From: an uncultured Alphaproteobacteria bacterium
GTDB lineage: Bacteria; Pseudomonadota; Alphaproteobacteria; RF32; CAG-239
NCBI GenBank assembly: GCA_944393205.1
Contig: CALXZI010000005.1
Location: 1 to 60,433 of the forward strand
Direction: 5' to 3'
DNA: 60,433 bases
The notes beneath the pieces were generated by a model. That model did no database searches, was not told where the DNA came from, and saw only the letters and a program-made list of their open reading frames with translations. Within the stretch, counting starts at the first letter, position 1. The number at the start of each line of letters is the position of its first letter. Positions 20,245-30,683 of the stretch are shown here, in pieces. The translations under genes were made by a program, and so were the position numbers.

Positions 20245-21377
20245 CATTCTCCTTTAAAATAAGATATCCAATATTTTATTTTTTCCTCTCGGCTTAATTT
20301 ATTTGTTGTGTTTTTATAATATTTTATGTCTCCAATATAAGTATCATGAATATCTAGATATGAAAATGCAAATGATAGTCCAACCCCAAAAGTTACTAAG
20401 CATAAATCTTTAAATGGCTTTTCCTTATATTGTCGACAGATATCTAAAATGACTGCAGCAGCACCACAATTACCATATTGATTAAATGTAGCAAAAGAAT
20501 ATTTGTCTTTAGGCAATCCACTATAAGATGCAATTGATTGAACAATTTGTTTATTTGCCTGATGAAAAGCAAAATAATCAATATCATCAATACTTTTTTG
20601 AGACATGGATAATATCTTACCAATTCCTTTAGGACCAATATCTGTTGCAAATTTAAATACATCTAGACCTTTCATTATTTTATCCCAAAGATGCCACACA
20701 TTTCCTTTTTCATCTCGCACTTCTAAATCTGCAATATCCTTGCGAATTGGCAAATAACTACCTCCAGCCGGAGCAATAATTTTGTCCCATCCCTCACCTC
20801 TGGTTCCGGTGTAAAAACAAGCTGTTCTTTCCTCCGATGTTGCCTCAATCAGAGTTGCCGTCCCTGCATCACCAAAAAGCATATTAGATACACGATTACG
20901 CCTATCTGTATGTCGGCTTAATGTATCTCCATTGAGAAGTAACACTCTTTGAGCCGACCCACTAAAAATTAATGAATGCGCCAGCAACAATCCATGAACA
21001 TATGCTGAACAAGACAATCCCGTTAAATCAAAGCAAGTACAATTTTCACTCAGGCCTAGTCTATGCTGTAGTATACATGCTGTAGCAGGTGTTGTGAAAT
21101 CTAACGAAATAGACGACATAATTAAAACATCTATGCTATCTCGTTCAATCTGCAAGGAATTCAAAAGATCATTTGCCGCAAATTCACATAAATCTGCTGC
21201 AGTTGTATGTTCGTCAGCGACATGTCTGTTTCCTAAACCCAATATTTTTTTATTACGCTCCAAAATTTTTATATCATTACCATAATATTTAATTTCATCA
21301 TCAATATTGATAAAATCTTCAGGAACGCAAGCTGTAATTCCTCTAATTTTTGCATAAGAAAGTTTTACTTCAGACAT
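20244..21377 (-). CDS. 3-oxoacyl-ACP synthase III (FabH-like)
   Basis: Catalytic Cys (LSCSAY), HQAN, YGNC, FGVGLS. Confidence 0.88.
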   Translation of the reverse strand: MSEVKLSYAKIRGITACVPEDFINIDDEIKYYGNDIKILERNKKILGLGNRHVADEHTTAADLCEFAANDLLNSLQIERDSIDVLIMSSISLDFTTPATACILQHRLGLSENCTCFDLTGLSCSAYVHGLLLAHSLIFSGSAQRVLLLNGDTLSRHTDRRNRVSNMLFGDAGTATLIEATSEERTACFYTGTRGEGWDKIIAPAGGSYLPIRKDIADLEVRDEKGNVWHLWDKIMKGLDVFKFATDIGPKGIGKILSMSQKSIDDIDYFAFHQANKQIVQSIASYSGLPKDKYSFATFNQYGNCGAAAVILDICRQYKEKPFKDLCLVTFGVGLSFAFSYLDIHDTYIGDIKYYKNTTNKLSREEKIKYWISYFKGE

Positions 21378-21380
21378 AGA

Positions 21381-22118
21381 TTAAAAACTCCCACAATCTA
21401 CGACATAATTTTGAGCCGTTATCCATCTCGCCTTTTCTGACAATAAAAAAGCCACCAAATTTGCAACATCAGACACCTCTCCTATCCCTAAGGGATATTT
21501 TGCAGATTGTTCCTCAAGATAATCTCCTCTTGAAGATGTCATTGGGGTTTTTATAACCGTAGGCAAAATACAATTTGCTCGTATACTATAGGGTGCATAT
21601 TCCTTAGCAATAGAACGAACAGAAGCTGATAATGCTGCTTTTGAGCCAGCATAAATGGTATGGCCTTTATCTGCAAGCAAAGCAGATGCTGATGATATTA
21701 AAACACAACTGCTTCCATGGTTGCAGATACGTTTATCACAAAAGCCTTTTAACATTGATATGGGTGCAAAATAGTTAATATCAAAATATTCTTTTGCTTC
21801 ATTAACATCCCAAATCTTTACTGGTTGTCTCATAGCTTTACCTGCGCAATATGCCATACCTTGAAATTTGCCGTATTTTTCTTTTAAACTTTTGATATAT
21901 AAAGGCAAACTCTCTATATCATCGCTCAGATCTTTTTGCTCAATATACATATGTTCAGGATATTTTGCTTTTTCTCGCATAGAGAGCAAACGCTCTATGT
22001 TTCTCCCTATTCCTATAACATCTGCCCCTAATTCATTCAAAAGTAAGGCAACGCCTTCACCAATCCCAGAACTAGCACCGGTTACGATAAAGCGTTGATC
22101 TGATGTGAATGAAATCAT
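21381..22118 (-). CDS. SDR oxidoreductase (FabG-like)
   Basis: TGASSGIG, YAGSK. Confidence 0.88.
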   Translation of the reverse strand: MISFTSDQRFIVTGASSGIGEGVALLLNELGADVIGIGRNIERLLSMREKAKYPEHMYIEQKDLSDDIESLPLYIKSLKEKYGKFQGMAYCAGKAMRQPVKIWDVNEAKEYFDINYFAPISMLKGFCDKRICNHGSSCVLISSASALLADKGHTIYAGSKAALSASVRSIAKEYAPYSIRANCILPTVIKTPMTSSRGDYLEEQSAKYPLGIGEVSDVANLVAFLLSEKARWITAQNYVVDCGSF

Positions 22119-22336
22119 TATAAACCTGCTTTCTTTGCAATATCACCAATTGTTTTCATTGTCTTATAATCAGACATAGTTGTTTTTATACCAAAATTTT
22201 TATCTAAAAAAGCCATAGTTGCCATGACAGATAAAGAATCCCATTCCACTAAATCCTCAAGGATTGTATCCATAGACAAAGTATCTTCGGTTTGTAAAAC
22301 ATCTTCCATTGCTGATAAAAATTCATTTTGATTCAT
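22118..22336 (-). CDS. Acyl carrier protein
   Basis: WDSLSVM motif; AGGAG RBS before ATG at 22336. Confidence 0.85.
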   Translation of the reverse strand: MNQNEFLSAMEDVLQTEDTLSMDTILEDLVEWDSLSVMATMAFLDKNFGIKTTMSDYKTMKTIGDIAKKAGL

Positions 22337-22338
22337 GA

Positions 22339-23469
22339 TTATTCTCCTTTTATACATTTGATCCAATAGTTAATTAATTCTTCTCTGGTGGGTTTATTTT
22401 TGGGTGAAATATATGTATATATTCCACCATTATAAACACCTTCCAAATCTAAAGTAGCGCCACCCCAAGACAGTCCAATTCCAAAAACGCACAAAAGAGT
22501 TTTGCCAAATTTTTTATCTTTTGGTTGGTCGCATAAAACAGTTACAACGGACGTTGTGGAATTATTGGCATATTTGGAAAAAACATCAGATGGCGTTTTT
22601 TCTGCCGGAATTTGAGCTTTATCTATAATATTTTCAATAATCTGCTTGTTAGCTTGGTGAATTGCATATAAATCCACATCTTCTTTTTTCCAATTTGCCT
22701 GAGATAATGTTTGAATGATTAATTCAGGCGCAACATCCATAGTAAAATAAAAGATGTCTTCTCCTTTCAAAATACCTTGACTATAATCCCATTGATAACC
22801 GCTGGGTGTTTCTATTTTTAAATTTAATAAATTATTATCTAGCGGAATTCTTCGGCCGTTAAATGGATAAATAATTTTATCCCATCCTTTTCCATCGGTT
22901 CCCAAAACAAAAGTAGATGGCGATGGATTTTCTGTGTATTCAATCAATGTAGCAGAAGCAGCGTCTCCAAATACAGGAGCTCTCTTTCTATCTTTAATAT
23001 CCAAATCTCGTGCAGGAATATCACCAGCCAAAATTAAACATTTTTTTAAATTTCCGTTTTCCAATAAAGAAAAAGCTTGCCACAATCCAGAAACATAACC
23101 AGAACATCCTAAATTTAAATTCAAAGTAGCACAATTTTTTTCTAAGCCGAGCATTCCATGTGCAATTGAAGCATCACAAGGTGCTTCATAATCTGGTTTC
23201 TGATTTATAAAAATCAGCAAGTCAATCTCATGAGAATTGACTTTCATTTCTTGTAAAAGCTTTGAGGCCGCATCCACAGCCAAATCAACGACTGTTGTAT
23301 TTTTATCAGCGACATATCTTTTCCCATAACCAGCTATTTTTTTTGCACGAGCAAGTTTTTTGGGATTATTATCAAAAAATTCTATTTCATCGTCAATATT
23401 AATACAACGCTCTGGAATAGCTGTTTTAAAACCGGCTATTTTAACATGATTAAAAAAAGATATTGCCAT
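22339..23469 (-). CDS. 3-oxoacyl-ACP synthase III (FabH-like), second copy
   Basis: LGCSGY, HQAN, YANN, FGIGLSWG. Confidence 0.88.
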   Translation of the reverse strand: MAISFFNHVKIAGFKTAIPERCINIDDEIEFFDNNPKKLARAKKIAGYGKRYVADKNTTVVDLAVDAASKLLQEMKVNSHEIDLLIFINQKPDYEAPCDASIAHGMLGLEKNCATLNLNLGCSGYVSGLWQAFSLLENGNLKKCLILAGDIPARDLDIKDRKRAPVFGDAASATLIEYTENPSPSTFVLGTDGKGWDKIIYPFNGRRIPLDNNLLNLKIETPSGYQWDYSQGILKGEDIFYFTMDVAPELIIQTLSQANWKKEDVDLYAIHQANKQIIENIIDKAQIPAEKTPSDVFSKYANNSTTSVVTVLCDQPKDKKFGKTLLCVFGIGLSWGGATLDLEGVYNGGIYTYISPKNKPTREELINYWIKCIKGE

Positions 23470-24123
23470 TTAAATTTCTCCAATTTTTATTGCAGGATTA
23501 CCATGCATATAACAGCAATCTTTACATCCCTTATATACGGCAGATAAGGGAGAAATACTGTTATAATTTCCTATTTTACAATGAGGTAATAAGATTGAAT
23601 TTGCTCCAAATTTATTATACGAACCAATTTTTACGGCCCCTAAAACTTGACTACGAGGCCCAAAAAAATTACAATCTTCTATTTCGCAATCATGTCCTAC
23701 AACCACATTGCCATTAAAGACATTACAATTTCCTATTCTAATGTCACAGGAAGGGAAAAATGGGGGAACAAAAATATTGGCCTCCCCAATTTCAACACTT
23801 TCATCAAGTTTTGTTCCAATTAATATGGTGAAAAAATTTAAATTTCGCTCCTTTAGCTCTTTATAAATGACTGAACGCAATTCCGGGTAGCCAGCTCCTA
23901 TTACCACATAATCATCTTCAGAAAATTTATGTTCTGAAACCTCCCCTTTATAAAATTTTTGTAATTGTTTATAATCTACGGTATGTCCATAGCCATTGTG
24001 ACCTAAAAATCCGGCAAAATGGATATCTCTGTCTGTTAAGGATATTGTCTGTATGTAATGATAACATTCACGTGCAAAACCATTTCCTCCGACAATATAT
24101 ATGTTTTTCATTTTGATCTCCAA
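23470..24123 (-). CDS. NeuD/PglD-like hexapeptide-repeat sugar acyltransferase
   Basis: GGNGFARE, VGHDC, left-handed beta-helix repeats, GNPA. Confidence 0.85.
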   Translation of the reverse strand: MEIKMKNIYIVGGNGFARECYHYIQTISLTDRDIHFAGFLGHNGYGHTVDYKQLQKFYKGEVSEHKFSEDDYVVIGAGYPELRSVIYKELKERNLNFFTILIGTKLDESVEIGEANIFVPPFFPSCDIRIGNCNVFNGNVVVGHDCEIEDCNFFGPRSQVLGAVKIGSYNKFGANSILLPHCKIGNYNSISPLSAVYKGCKDCCYMHGNPAIKIGEI

Positions 24124-26396
24124 TAATCTTCTTCAGGATAAAAATCATATTTTCCATTATAAAAGTTGCGTAAATTTTCTTCAATTTTGCTGTCAGAATA
24201 GCTTAAACGTTTTAAATCCCTAAGCTGTTCTAATACTTTATAATATTCTGATGGATCATTTTCCCATTTTTTTATCTCTTCAGGAAGCTTTTGAACCATT
24301 TCATCAAATGATGAATAAACTAGAGGCGCATCTTTCCACCATTCAGGAAAAAATTTTGTATTGTAAACAGCTGCTCCTAAAGAACCTATATTAAGAGGCG
24401 TAAGAAGATATCCGTCAAAACCTTCTCCAAAAGAAATTGATAAGATAGATTTTGAGGTCAATCTCATACATTCTGCAAAAGTCATATTTAGCACTTTTCT
24501 GAATTCATATTCAGGACATTTTTGTTTTAATTTTCGAATAATATCTTCTTTTTCCGGTAGAGGATCAGGAGAATATAAAATTAATTTTTCTTTTTCTGCA
24601 TATGGTATCTTTGCATATGGTTTTAAATCCAAACAAGTTGAAATATGTTTCAACGGCATATGAAATTGGTTGCAAACATCTTGCGTAGCATAACTTTCAT
24701 GTGCGGTTGTCATAGTTATATTTGAAGTTAATTTCTTTAAATCTTTAATTTTTTCAAATCGTGGACAAACTGTAATACTTTGATTCATAATATTGATTTG
24801 CAGATTTTTAATTCCAGCCAAAAATTTCTTATCTTTCTTTGACAAATATTGATAAAAAAACTCAGGTGAATATGTCACCAAATGCAATATTAATTTTTTA
24901 CAATTCTTTGCATGATCCCTAATCTGTTCAAAACGATAAACTTTTTCATTTGAAGGAAAATGTTTTGACTGAGAAAATGTAAAATTAAATCCGGGCAATG
25001 TAGATAGCAAAACTACTGCATCTTTTTCAATTTCACGGCTTTTGGTGCAAATTGCAAACATTGTCATGATACCGCCCCACATTGGACACCAATTAGGAAT
25101 TAAAAAGACAATAATTTTTTTAGCTTCCGCAATATCTGTTAAGTCATAAGAATCTTGTTCTTTAAGAATTACTGCTTGTTGCTTTTTTATACTCCAAACA
25201 TCATCCATTATCATTAAATGCTTTTCAAAGACAGCGTCAGTAGCCCAACCTCTTTTACTGAAAAATTTATATATTTTAAAACAAAACTTATTTTTTGTAA
25301 AAAAGGTGTGCCACGTTATGTTTTCCAGCAACAAACGCATAACAACAGTAATAAGAGAATCTTCACTATATAACAACCATATCAACTTTTCTTTATATTT
25401 TCTTCTCTTTTTACGGGATAAAATAAAAAAGCTCAACAAAAATACAAATGTTTTTCGGCTTAAAAGCATTTTGAAAAATGAAACACAAACTTTCCATATA
25501 AAATTGATGCTTAATGGATAAATAAGACCAATATAGAAGAAACACAAAATACCAATAAATAAAATATGTTGTGACAATAAAGGAGCAACTGAAACAAGAC
25601 CGCCATATTGAGCAAAATACACCAATGAACCCAGAAGTAATATATCAGCAATCCTAGACAGAGACGGCCTAAAAAGTTTCAACCCCAAACTATCTCTAAA
25701 TTCATCGGAGATTAATTTTATATCAGCACAACCATTAACTTGACTTTCCAGAAAAGCAAGCTTGTGATTTATTATGGCCTTTTGTTGTCTTCCAACCAAT
25801 AATATTAAAAATGTCAATAGAGAAAGTCCGCTTCCTATAACCCCTATATTTTGTATTGATAAGGGAATAAAAGAAAATATCGTCCCTAAAATTAATGTTA
25901 CTAAAGAAAATCCACATAATGACAGCAAAAACTTAAAGGAATTGTCATTATGTTTTTTAAGTTCCAATCCTGTCTGATACTTGTTTTCTATATTTTTCGG
26001 TTCAATATCTTTGTAAAAAAGAGACCATAACATATTATATTTTTCTACTAATTTATCTACGGCTAATCTAGCTGTTATACCCAAATTACCTCTAAAAACG
26101 ACCACATGATATACTTTTGAAAAAGGATTTTTATTTATTCTAAACATGTGCGGATATGCTTTTTTCAAAATTTTATAACGTTGTCTGTTTTTCGCTTTTG
26201 ATGACGAAACAAAATCTAATCTTATTTCAAAACGTTGTTGAAAATTTTGATAATTTTTCACGACAAAATGCATTTCATTGTTCCCATAAACGAGACAACC
26301 GGATTCATTTTCATCTAATTCCGGTAAAGGGAAATTTTTATTGAGTATTGAAAACCTCATATAAAAGTCTTGTTGTAAAGCATATTTATTTTGCAT
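24108..26396 (-). CDS. Large membrane-anchored protein with a C-terminal GT-B-like domain
   Basis: About 4 TM segments mid-protein; C-term WGGIMTMF...SFGEGFDGY. Confidence 0.6.
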   Translation of the reverse strand: MQNKYALQQDFYMRFSILNKNFPLPELDENESGCLVYGNNEMHFVVKNYQNFQQRFEIRLDFVSSSKAKNRQRYKILKKAYPHMFRINKNPFSKVYHVVVFRGNLGITARLAVDKLVEKYNMLWSLFYKDIEPKNIENKYQTGLELKKHNDNSFKFLLSLCGFSLVTLILGTIFSFIPLSIQNIGVIGSGLSLLTFLILLVGRQQKAIINHKLAFLESQVNGCADIKLISDEFRDSLGLKLFRPSLSRIADILLLGSLVYFAQYGGLVSVAPLLSQHILFIGILCFFYIGLIYPLSINFIWKVCVSFFKMLLSRKTFVFLLSFFILSRKKRRKYKEKLIWLLYSEDSLITVVMRLLLENITWHTFFTKNKFCFKIYKFFSKRGWATDAVFEKHLMIMDDVWSIKKQQAVILKEQDSYDLTDIAEAKKIIVFLIPNWCPMWGGIMTMFAICTKSREIEKDAVVLLSTLPGFNFTFSQSKHFPSNEKVYRFEQIRDHAKNCKKLILHLVTYSPEFFYQYLSKKDKKFLAGIKNLQINIMNQSITVCPRFEKIKDLKKLTSNITMTTAHESYATQDVCNQFHMPLKHISTCLDLKPYAKIPYAEKEKLILYSPDPLPEKEDIIRKLKQKCPEYEFRKVLNMTFAECMRLTSKSILSISFGEGFDGYLLTPLNIGSLGAAVYNTKFFPEWWKDAPLVYSSFDEMVQKLPEEIKKWENDPSEYYKVLEQLRDLKRLSYSDSKIEENLRNFYNGKYDFYPEEDYWRSK

Positions 26397-26438
26397 TTTT
26401 AATCCTATTTAACTTTAAAATTCAAACTAATCAGAAAT

Positions 26439-27182
26439 CTATTCATTTTGGACATATCCTTTAGAACCATTAGAATCCCATTGAACATCTTTCCGAACAA
26501 CTTTTGCCGGATTACCGGCGATAATTGTATTTTCTTTAGAAAAAACACCGCTAACAACAGCTCCCCATCCAATTATGGAATTTTGTGGAATAATGCTGTT
26601 TTTAAGTATGGTTGCATTAGCTCCAACCCACACATGATCTCCAATTGATAATGATTTTACTTTATTGATAATCTTGCTTTTATTTAAATTATAAATCGGA
26701 TGAGCATCTGTATTAAAGACATTTATTCCCCATGAAAACATACAGTTTTTTCCAATTTTTAATGAAGAATTTGAGTTATAGGTCATAATACAACAACTTT
26801 CAAAAGATGTCTTTTCACCTATTTCAAAACAAACATCTTGAACGGCACCAAAATTTGGATGTATTTGTCCTATGATAATCTTCAATGTTCCAGATATATA
26901 AACGTTTTCATCCAGAATAAGTCTGCAATTATTGCCACAAATCGAGATTATTAGCTTGCCTTTTGAGGCTTTATTCATTTTCTTTATGATAACAGTATTA
27001 CCATATCCTTGCACGGATAAAGATATATTATCTTTGTCCTCATCACAAATTTCAATATGGTTTTCTTTATTCAACATTTCTATTTTGGCTGTGGCCAACA
27101 ACTTTTCTCTAACCTCATCTCTTTTATTTTTAGATGGGATAAACGCACATCGTAAGTTAATCAAAAACTTTTTTATCTTCAT
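26439..27182 (-). CDS. Hexapeptide-repeat acyltransferase
   Basis: TDAHPI, IGDHVWVG, IAGNPAKVV. Confidence 0.85.
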   Translation of the reverse strand: MKIKKFLINLRCAFIPSKNKRDEVREKLLATAKIEMLNKENHIEICDEDKDNISLSVQGYGNTVIIKKMNKASKGKLIISICGNNCRLILDENVYISGTLKIIIGQIHPNFGAVQDVCFEIGEKTSFESCCIMTYNSNSSLKIGKNCMFSWGINVFNTDAHPIYNLNKSKIINKVKSLSIGDHVWVGANATILKNSIIPQNSIIGWGAVVSGVFSKENTIIAGNPAKVVRKDVQWDSNGSKGYVQNE

Positions 27183-28222
27183 ATTGAAGAACCTCGCTTT
27201 TTAATAAAATTGTCTACCAATTTTCCTTGTTGGTATATGTTTTCATAACTCTTATGCCGTATTTTATTATCTCTAATACAGTCGTAAAAATAACCAATTG
27301 ATTTCAGAAAACTATCATCAGCAGACATCATATGTTGCTCTGTTTCGCCGTTTTTAGATATGTCATAAGAAGGCTCAAAACCCGCAGGAGCAGTCAAGAT
27401 TCGCCCACTTTTGAGCGTACCCTTGCTTCCCCAAACATCAATGCTGCACCGATAATCATTATCCATACCAAACGCAACTTGAACCACTTGCCCCTTTTCA
27501 TTTTCCAATGTTGCCGAACCGGCAATATCCACATCATATTTATCGGTATATAAACTGCTTGCACAAACAATCTCGGCATTACCCCCCAAAAAATAATCAG
27601 CATATTTTAAGGTATAACCACCACAATCAATCAAAGCTCCGCCACCAAGAGCTTTATTATATCTAAAATCGTTAGGAGCTCGTTCTGGAAAACCAAAGTC
27701 AATACGACAAAGTCTGACATCGCCAATATTTCCGTTTTTAACAACCTGCTTTATTTCTTGTATTTGAGAGTGAAACATAAACATATAATTTTCATGTAAT
27801 GCTAAATCTTTATTCTTAGCTAAACGAATAAGCTCTTGAGTATCCGCCAAAGATATTGTGGCTGGTTTTTCGACCAAAACATGCAGACCATTGTCTAAAG
27901 CCATTTTAGCCCAATGATAATGCAAAGCCGGAGGAAGAGGAATATAAACAGCATCAATTTCTTTTGAAGATAACATTTCCTCGTACCCTAAAAAAATCTT
28001 TCCGCCATAATTCTTTTGAAAGTTTTCCGCTTTTAACTTTTCATTTTTTTGAACTTTATTAAAAACTTCATCATCAATGTCTTTAGCTTTCTGCGAACCA
28101 AACCATTCCGGTTTATTGGCAACAGCAACACCCACATATTCAAAATTTTTATTTTGACTTAATGCTGGTAAAAAACGCCGAAAAGCGATTTCTGATGGTC
28201 CTAAAACACCGATTTTAATCAT
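27179..28222 (-). CDS. Gfo/Idh/MocA oxidoreductase (NDP-hexose 3-ketoreductase-like)
   Basis: IAFRRFLPAL, YIPLPPALH, HVLVEKP, GGGALIDCGGY; adjacent to the 2,3-dehydratase. Confidence 0.85.
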   Translation of the reverse strand: MIKIGVLGPSEIAFRRFLPALSQNKNFEYVGVAVANKPEWFGSQKAKDIDDEVFNKVQKNEKLKAENFQKNYGGKIFLGYEEMLSSKEIDAVYIPLPPALHYHWAKMALDNGLHVLVEKPATISLADTQELIRLAKNKDLALHENYMFMFHSQIQEIKQVVKNGNIGDVRLCRIDFGFPERAPNDFRYNKALGGGALIDCGGYTLKYADYFLGGNAEIVCASSLYTDKYDVDIAGSATLENEKGQVVQVAFGMDNDYRCSIDVWGSKGTLKSGRILTAPAGFEPSYDISKNGETEQHMMSADDSFLKSIGYFYDCIRDNKIRHKSYENIYQQGKLVDNFIKKRGSSI

Positions 28223-29606
28223 TCTTTTTCTCCTCAAAACTTAATGGTAATAATGACATTAAATTTCTGAGCTGGATATTTAAGATATTATTATATTTTA
28301 TAAGTTCGTTTAAAGTTGCATAGGTAACCCAAATATATTCTTCATCAAGATCTTCTAACTCATTCTCTTGAATATCCAGAATCACATTTCTGTTCTCTTC
28401 GTGATAGAAACGCCCGCCTTCTTCTGAAAGCATAACATCGGTAATTATGCCCAATTTACTATCCAAATGACGCTTAAAAACAGATGAAATATCATTATCC
28501 GGCAAATGTTCTCCATTTGCCAGCATAATACTCGGACCAAACTCAACTTTGTCAAAACAACCAACTTCGGGACAAATATGTATTAAAAACTCTCTCACAC
28601 CGTTTTTTATCCTTGTTATTAAAACGAACAAGGCTTTATGTTCAGCACAAAAGAGCGGCTGTTGCCATTTTTTAACTTCTCTTCCTTCTATTTCAATGTC
28701 AAAATAGTCAACCTTAAAATCCGCTGGTTGGGAACAGATTATTTTTCCTTTTTCTTGCTTCCAATTTTGTAATTTATTTAGAGAAACTAATTCTTGCTTT
28801 GTATCTGAAAACATTTTGAAATTATTCAGTTTTCTCATAACGGGAAGAATTTCCGCCTTTGCAAAAATAGAATTATAAAATGTTTTATCTTCAAAATATT
28901 TGGAAATATCTTGGCTTTCAGCATCCTCAAAAACCGTTAATAAACCCGATAAAACCGTTCTGGTATCCATGTTAACCAAGTTATCATATTTTAACAATTG
29001 TTTGATTTGTCCAAGACTCATCCATCTAAAATTATTATAAATCTCAATCTCTTCTTCTACTAAAATGATGATATTTCGGTTTCTTTTACCGTAAAAACGG
29101 CTACCTTGCTCAGATTGAATCTGATCATATATGACTTTAGCTCTGTCTTCTATATGATTAAACCATTCAAAATACAAAGGAACTTTTCCTCCGTGAGCGC
29201 AAGTAAAATTACTTTTTGTTGCTTGTATAGTAGGAGAAATTTGTACACCATTAATATTTCCCGGCTCTATTTTAGCTTGCATTAAAAAATATAAATCCCC
29301 ATTTATAACCTTACAAATAATTCCCAAAAAACCGATTTCATTTTGTATAATAATTGGAGTTTCTTCAGTCTGCCCATTACCAGAAATATGTCGCACTCCA
29401 GTAATAGAAAAGAAACTTTGGTTTCTATTATGAATATTTCCATTATCATAAAACCAAAATGTGTCTTCATTCATTTCTGTTGGTTCTATTTTGATCTTTG
29501 TATCATGGTTAATATTTTGTATCCATGACAGTAAATCCGCAGTATCAAAAATACCACAATCTGTTTTTAACCATGATTTTGCAACCAAACAAGCGAAACT
29601 TTTCAT
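28215..29606 (-). CDS. NDP-hexose 2,3-dehydratase
   Basis: QNEIGFLG, LMQAKIEPGN, QISPTIQATKSN, QSEQGSRF, SEEGGRFYH duplicated-domain motifs. Confidence 0.9.
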   Translation of the reverse strand: MKSFACLVAKSWLKTDCGIFDTADLLSWIQNINHDTKIKIEPTEMNEDTFWFYDNGNIHNRNQSFFSITGVRHISGNGQTEETPIIIQNEIGFLGIICKVINGDLYFLMQAKIEPGNINGVQISPTIQATKSNFTCAHGGKVPLYFEWFNHIEDRAKVIYDQIQSEQGSRFYGKRNRNIIILVEEEIEIYNNFRWMSLGQIKQLLKYDNLVNMDTRTVLSGLLTVFEDAESQDISKYFEDKTFYNSIFAKAEILPVMRKLNNFKMFSDTKQELVSLNKLQNWKQEKGKIICSQPADFKVDYFDIEIEGREVKKWQQPLFCAEHKALFVLITRIKNGVREFLIHICPEVGCFDKVEFGPSIMLANGEHLPDNDISSVFKRHLDSKLGIITDVMLSEEGGRFYHEENRNVILDIQENELEDLDEEYIWVTYATLNELIKYNNILNIQLRNLMSLLPLSFEEKKND

Positions 29607-29609
29607 ATC

Positions 29610-30683
29610 TTAGATTAACCCACAAATTGTTTCTATTTCTGTATCTGTAAGATCTGGATAAAATGGTAAGCAAGCAATCCTTGAAGAAATATCTTCACTA
29701 ATTTTGCATTCATATTTATCTTTCAAATACGGAATTGTATTCAAACTCGGATAAAAATAGCGTCTCGGATATATACTGTTTTTATTCAACCGTTCAAACA
29801 CAGAAAGCAATTCTTTCTCATTTTCAAACAAAACGGGATAATAAGCGTAATTGTACTTTAAGTTTTCTTGTTGTTTAGGACGAGCAATTTTTCCCTTCAA
29901 CAGCATATCGTAATAGTCAGAAACATGCTTTCTGCGTGCAAAAATTTCATCTATATGGTCAAAAATAGCTAAGCCTAATGCCGCATTTAGCTCTTCTTGT
30001 TTTCCATTAATTCCTTCACATAAATAATTTGTACCATCAAAACCAAAGTGTTTTGCTAAATCTAATTTTTTGTGAATGTTTTCATCTTTGCAAATGCACG
30101 CACCGCCTTCTCCTGTATGAAATATTTTGGTTGCTTGAAAAGATAATGTTGAAATATCTCCATATGAAAGCAGGGATTTTCCTTTATATTCCGCACCAAA
30201 AGCATGCGCAGCATCATAAATAACTTTAAGATTATGTTCATCGGCAATCTGTTGAATTCCTTCAACATCACACGCATAACCAAAAACATGAACCGGCATA
30301 ATGGCTCTGGTTTTGGGTGTAATAGCTTCTTCAATTTTTTTTACATCCATTGTAAAATTATCAGGCTCAATATCAACAAAAACTGGCGTACATCTCTCCC
30401 ACAAAATACTTGTTGTGGTTGCAACATATGTAAAAGGTGTTGTTATAATTTCGCCTTCTTGAATATCTAAAGCTTTTAAAGCAAGTTGTAGAGCCACAGT
30501 TCCATTTGTAACCATTTGAAAGTTTTTAACTTTTAGATATACTGACAACCTATCTTCCAATAACTTTATCTTTGGACCAGAAACCGCCTGCCCCGTTAAA
30601 ATATGGGTTTCAAAAATATCTTTTGCGTAATTTATATATTCCTCAAGCGGAGGCAAATAAGGTTTGGTGACGTAAATACTCAT
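29610..30683 (-). CDS. DegT/DnrJ/EryC1/StrS sugar aminotransferase (VioA-like)
   Basis: NGTVAL, YDAAHAFG, SFQATKIFHTGEGG, RRYFYP. Confidence 0.9.
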   Translation of the reverse strand: MSIYVTKPYLPPLEEYINYAKDIFETHILTGQAVSGPKIKLLEDRLSVYLKVKNFQMVTNGTVALQLALKALDIQEGEIITTPFTYVATTTSILWERCTPVFVDIEPDNFTMDVKKIEEAITPKTRAIMPVHVFGYACDVEGIQQIADEHNLKVIYDAAHAFGAEYKGKSLLSYGDISTLSFQATKIFHTGEGGACICKDENIHKKLDLAKHFGFDGTNYLCEGINGKQEELNAALGLAIFDHIDEIFARRKHVSDYYDMLLKGKIARPKQQENLKYNYAYYPVLFENEKELLSVFERLNKNSIYPRRYFYPSLNTIPYLKDKYECKISEDISSRIACLPFYPDLTDTEIETICGLI

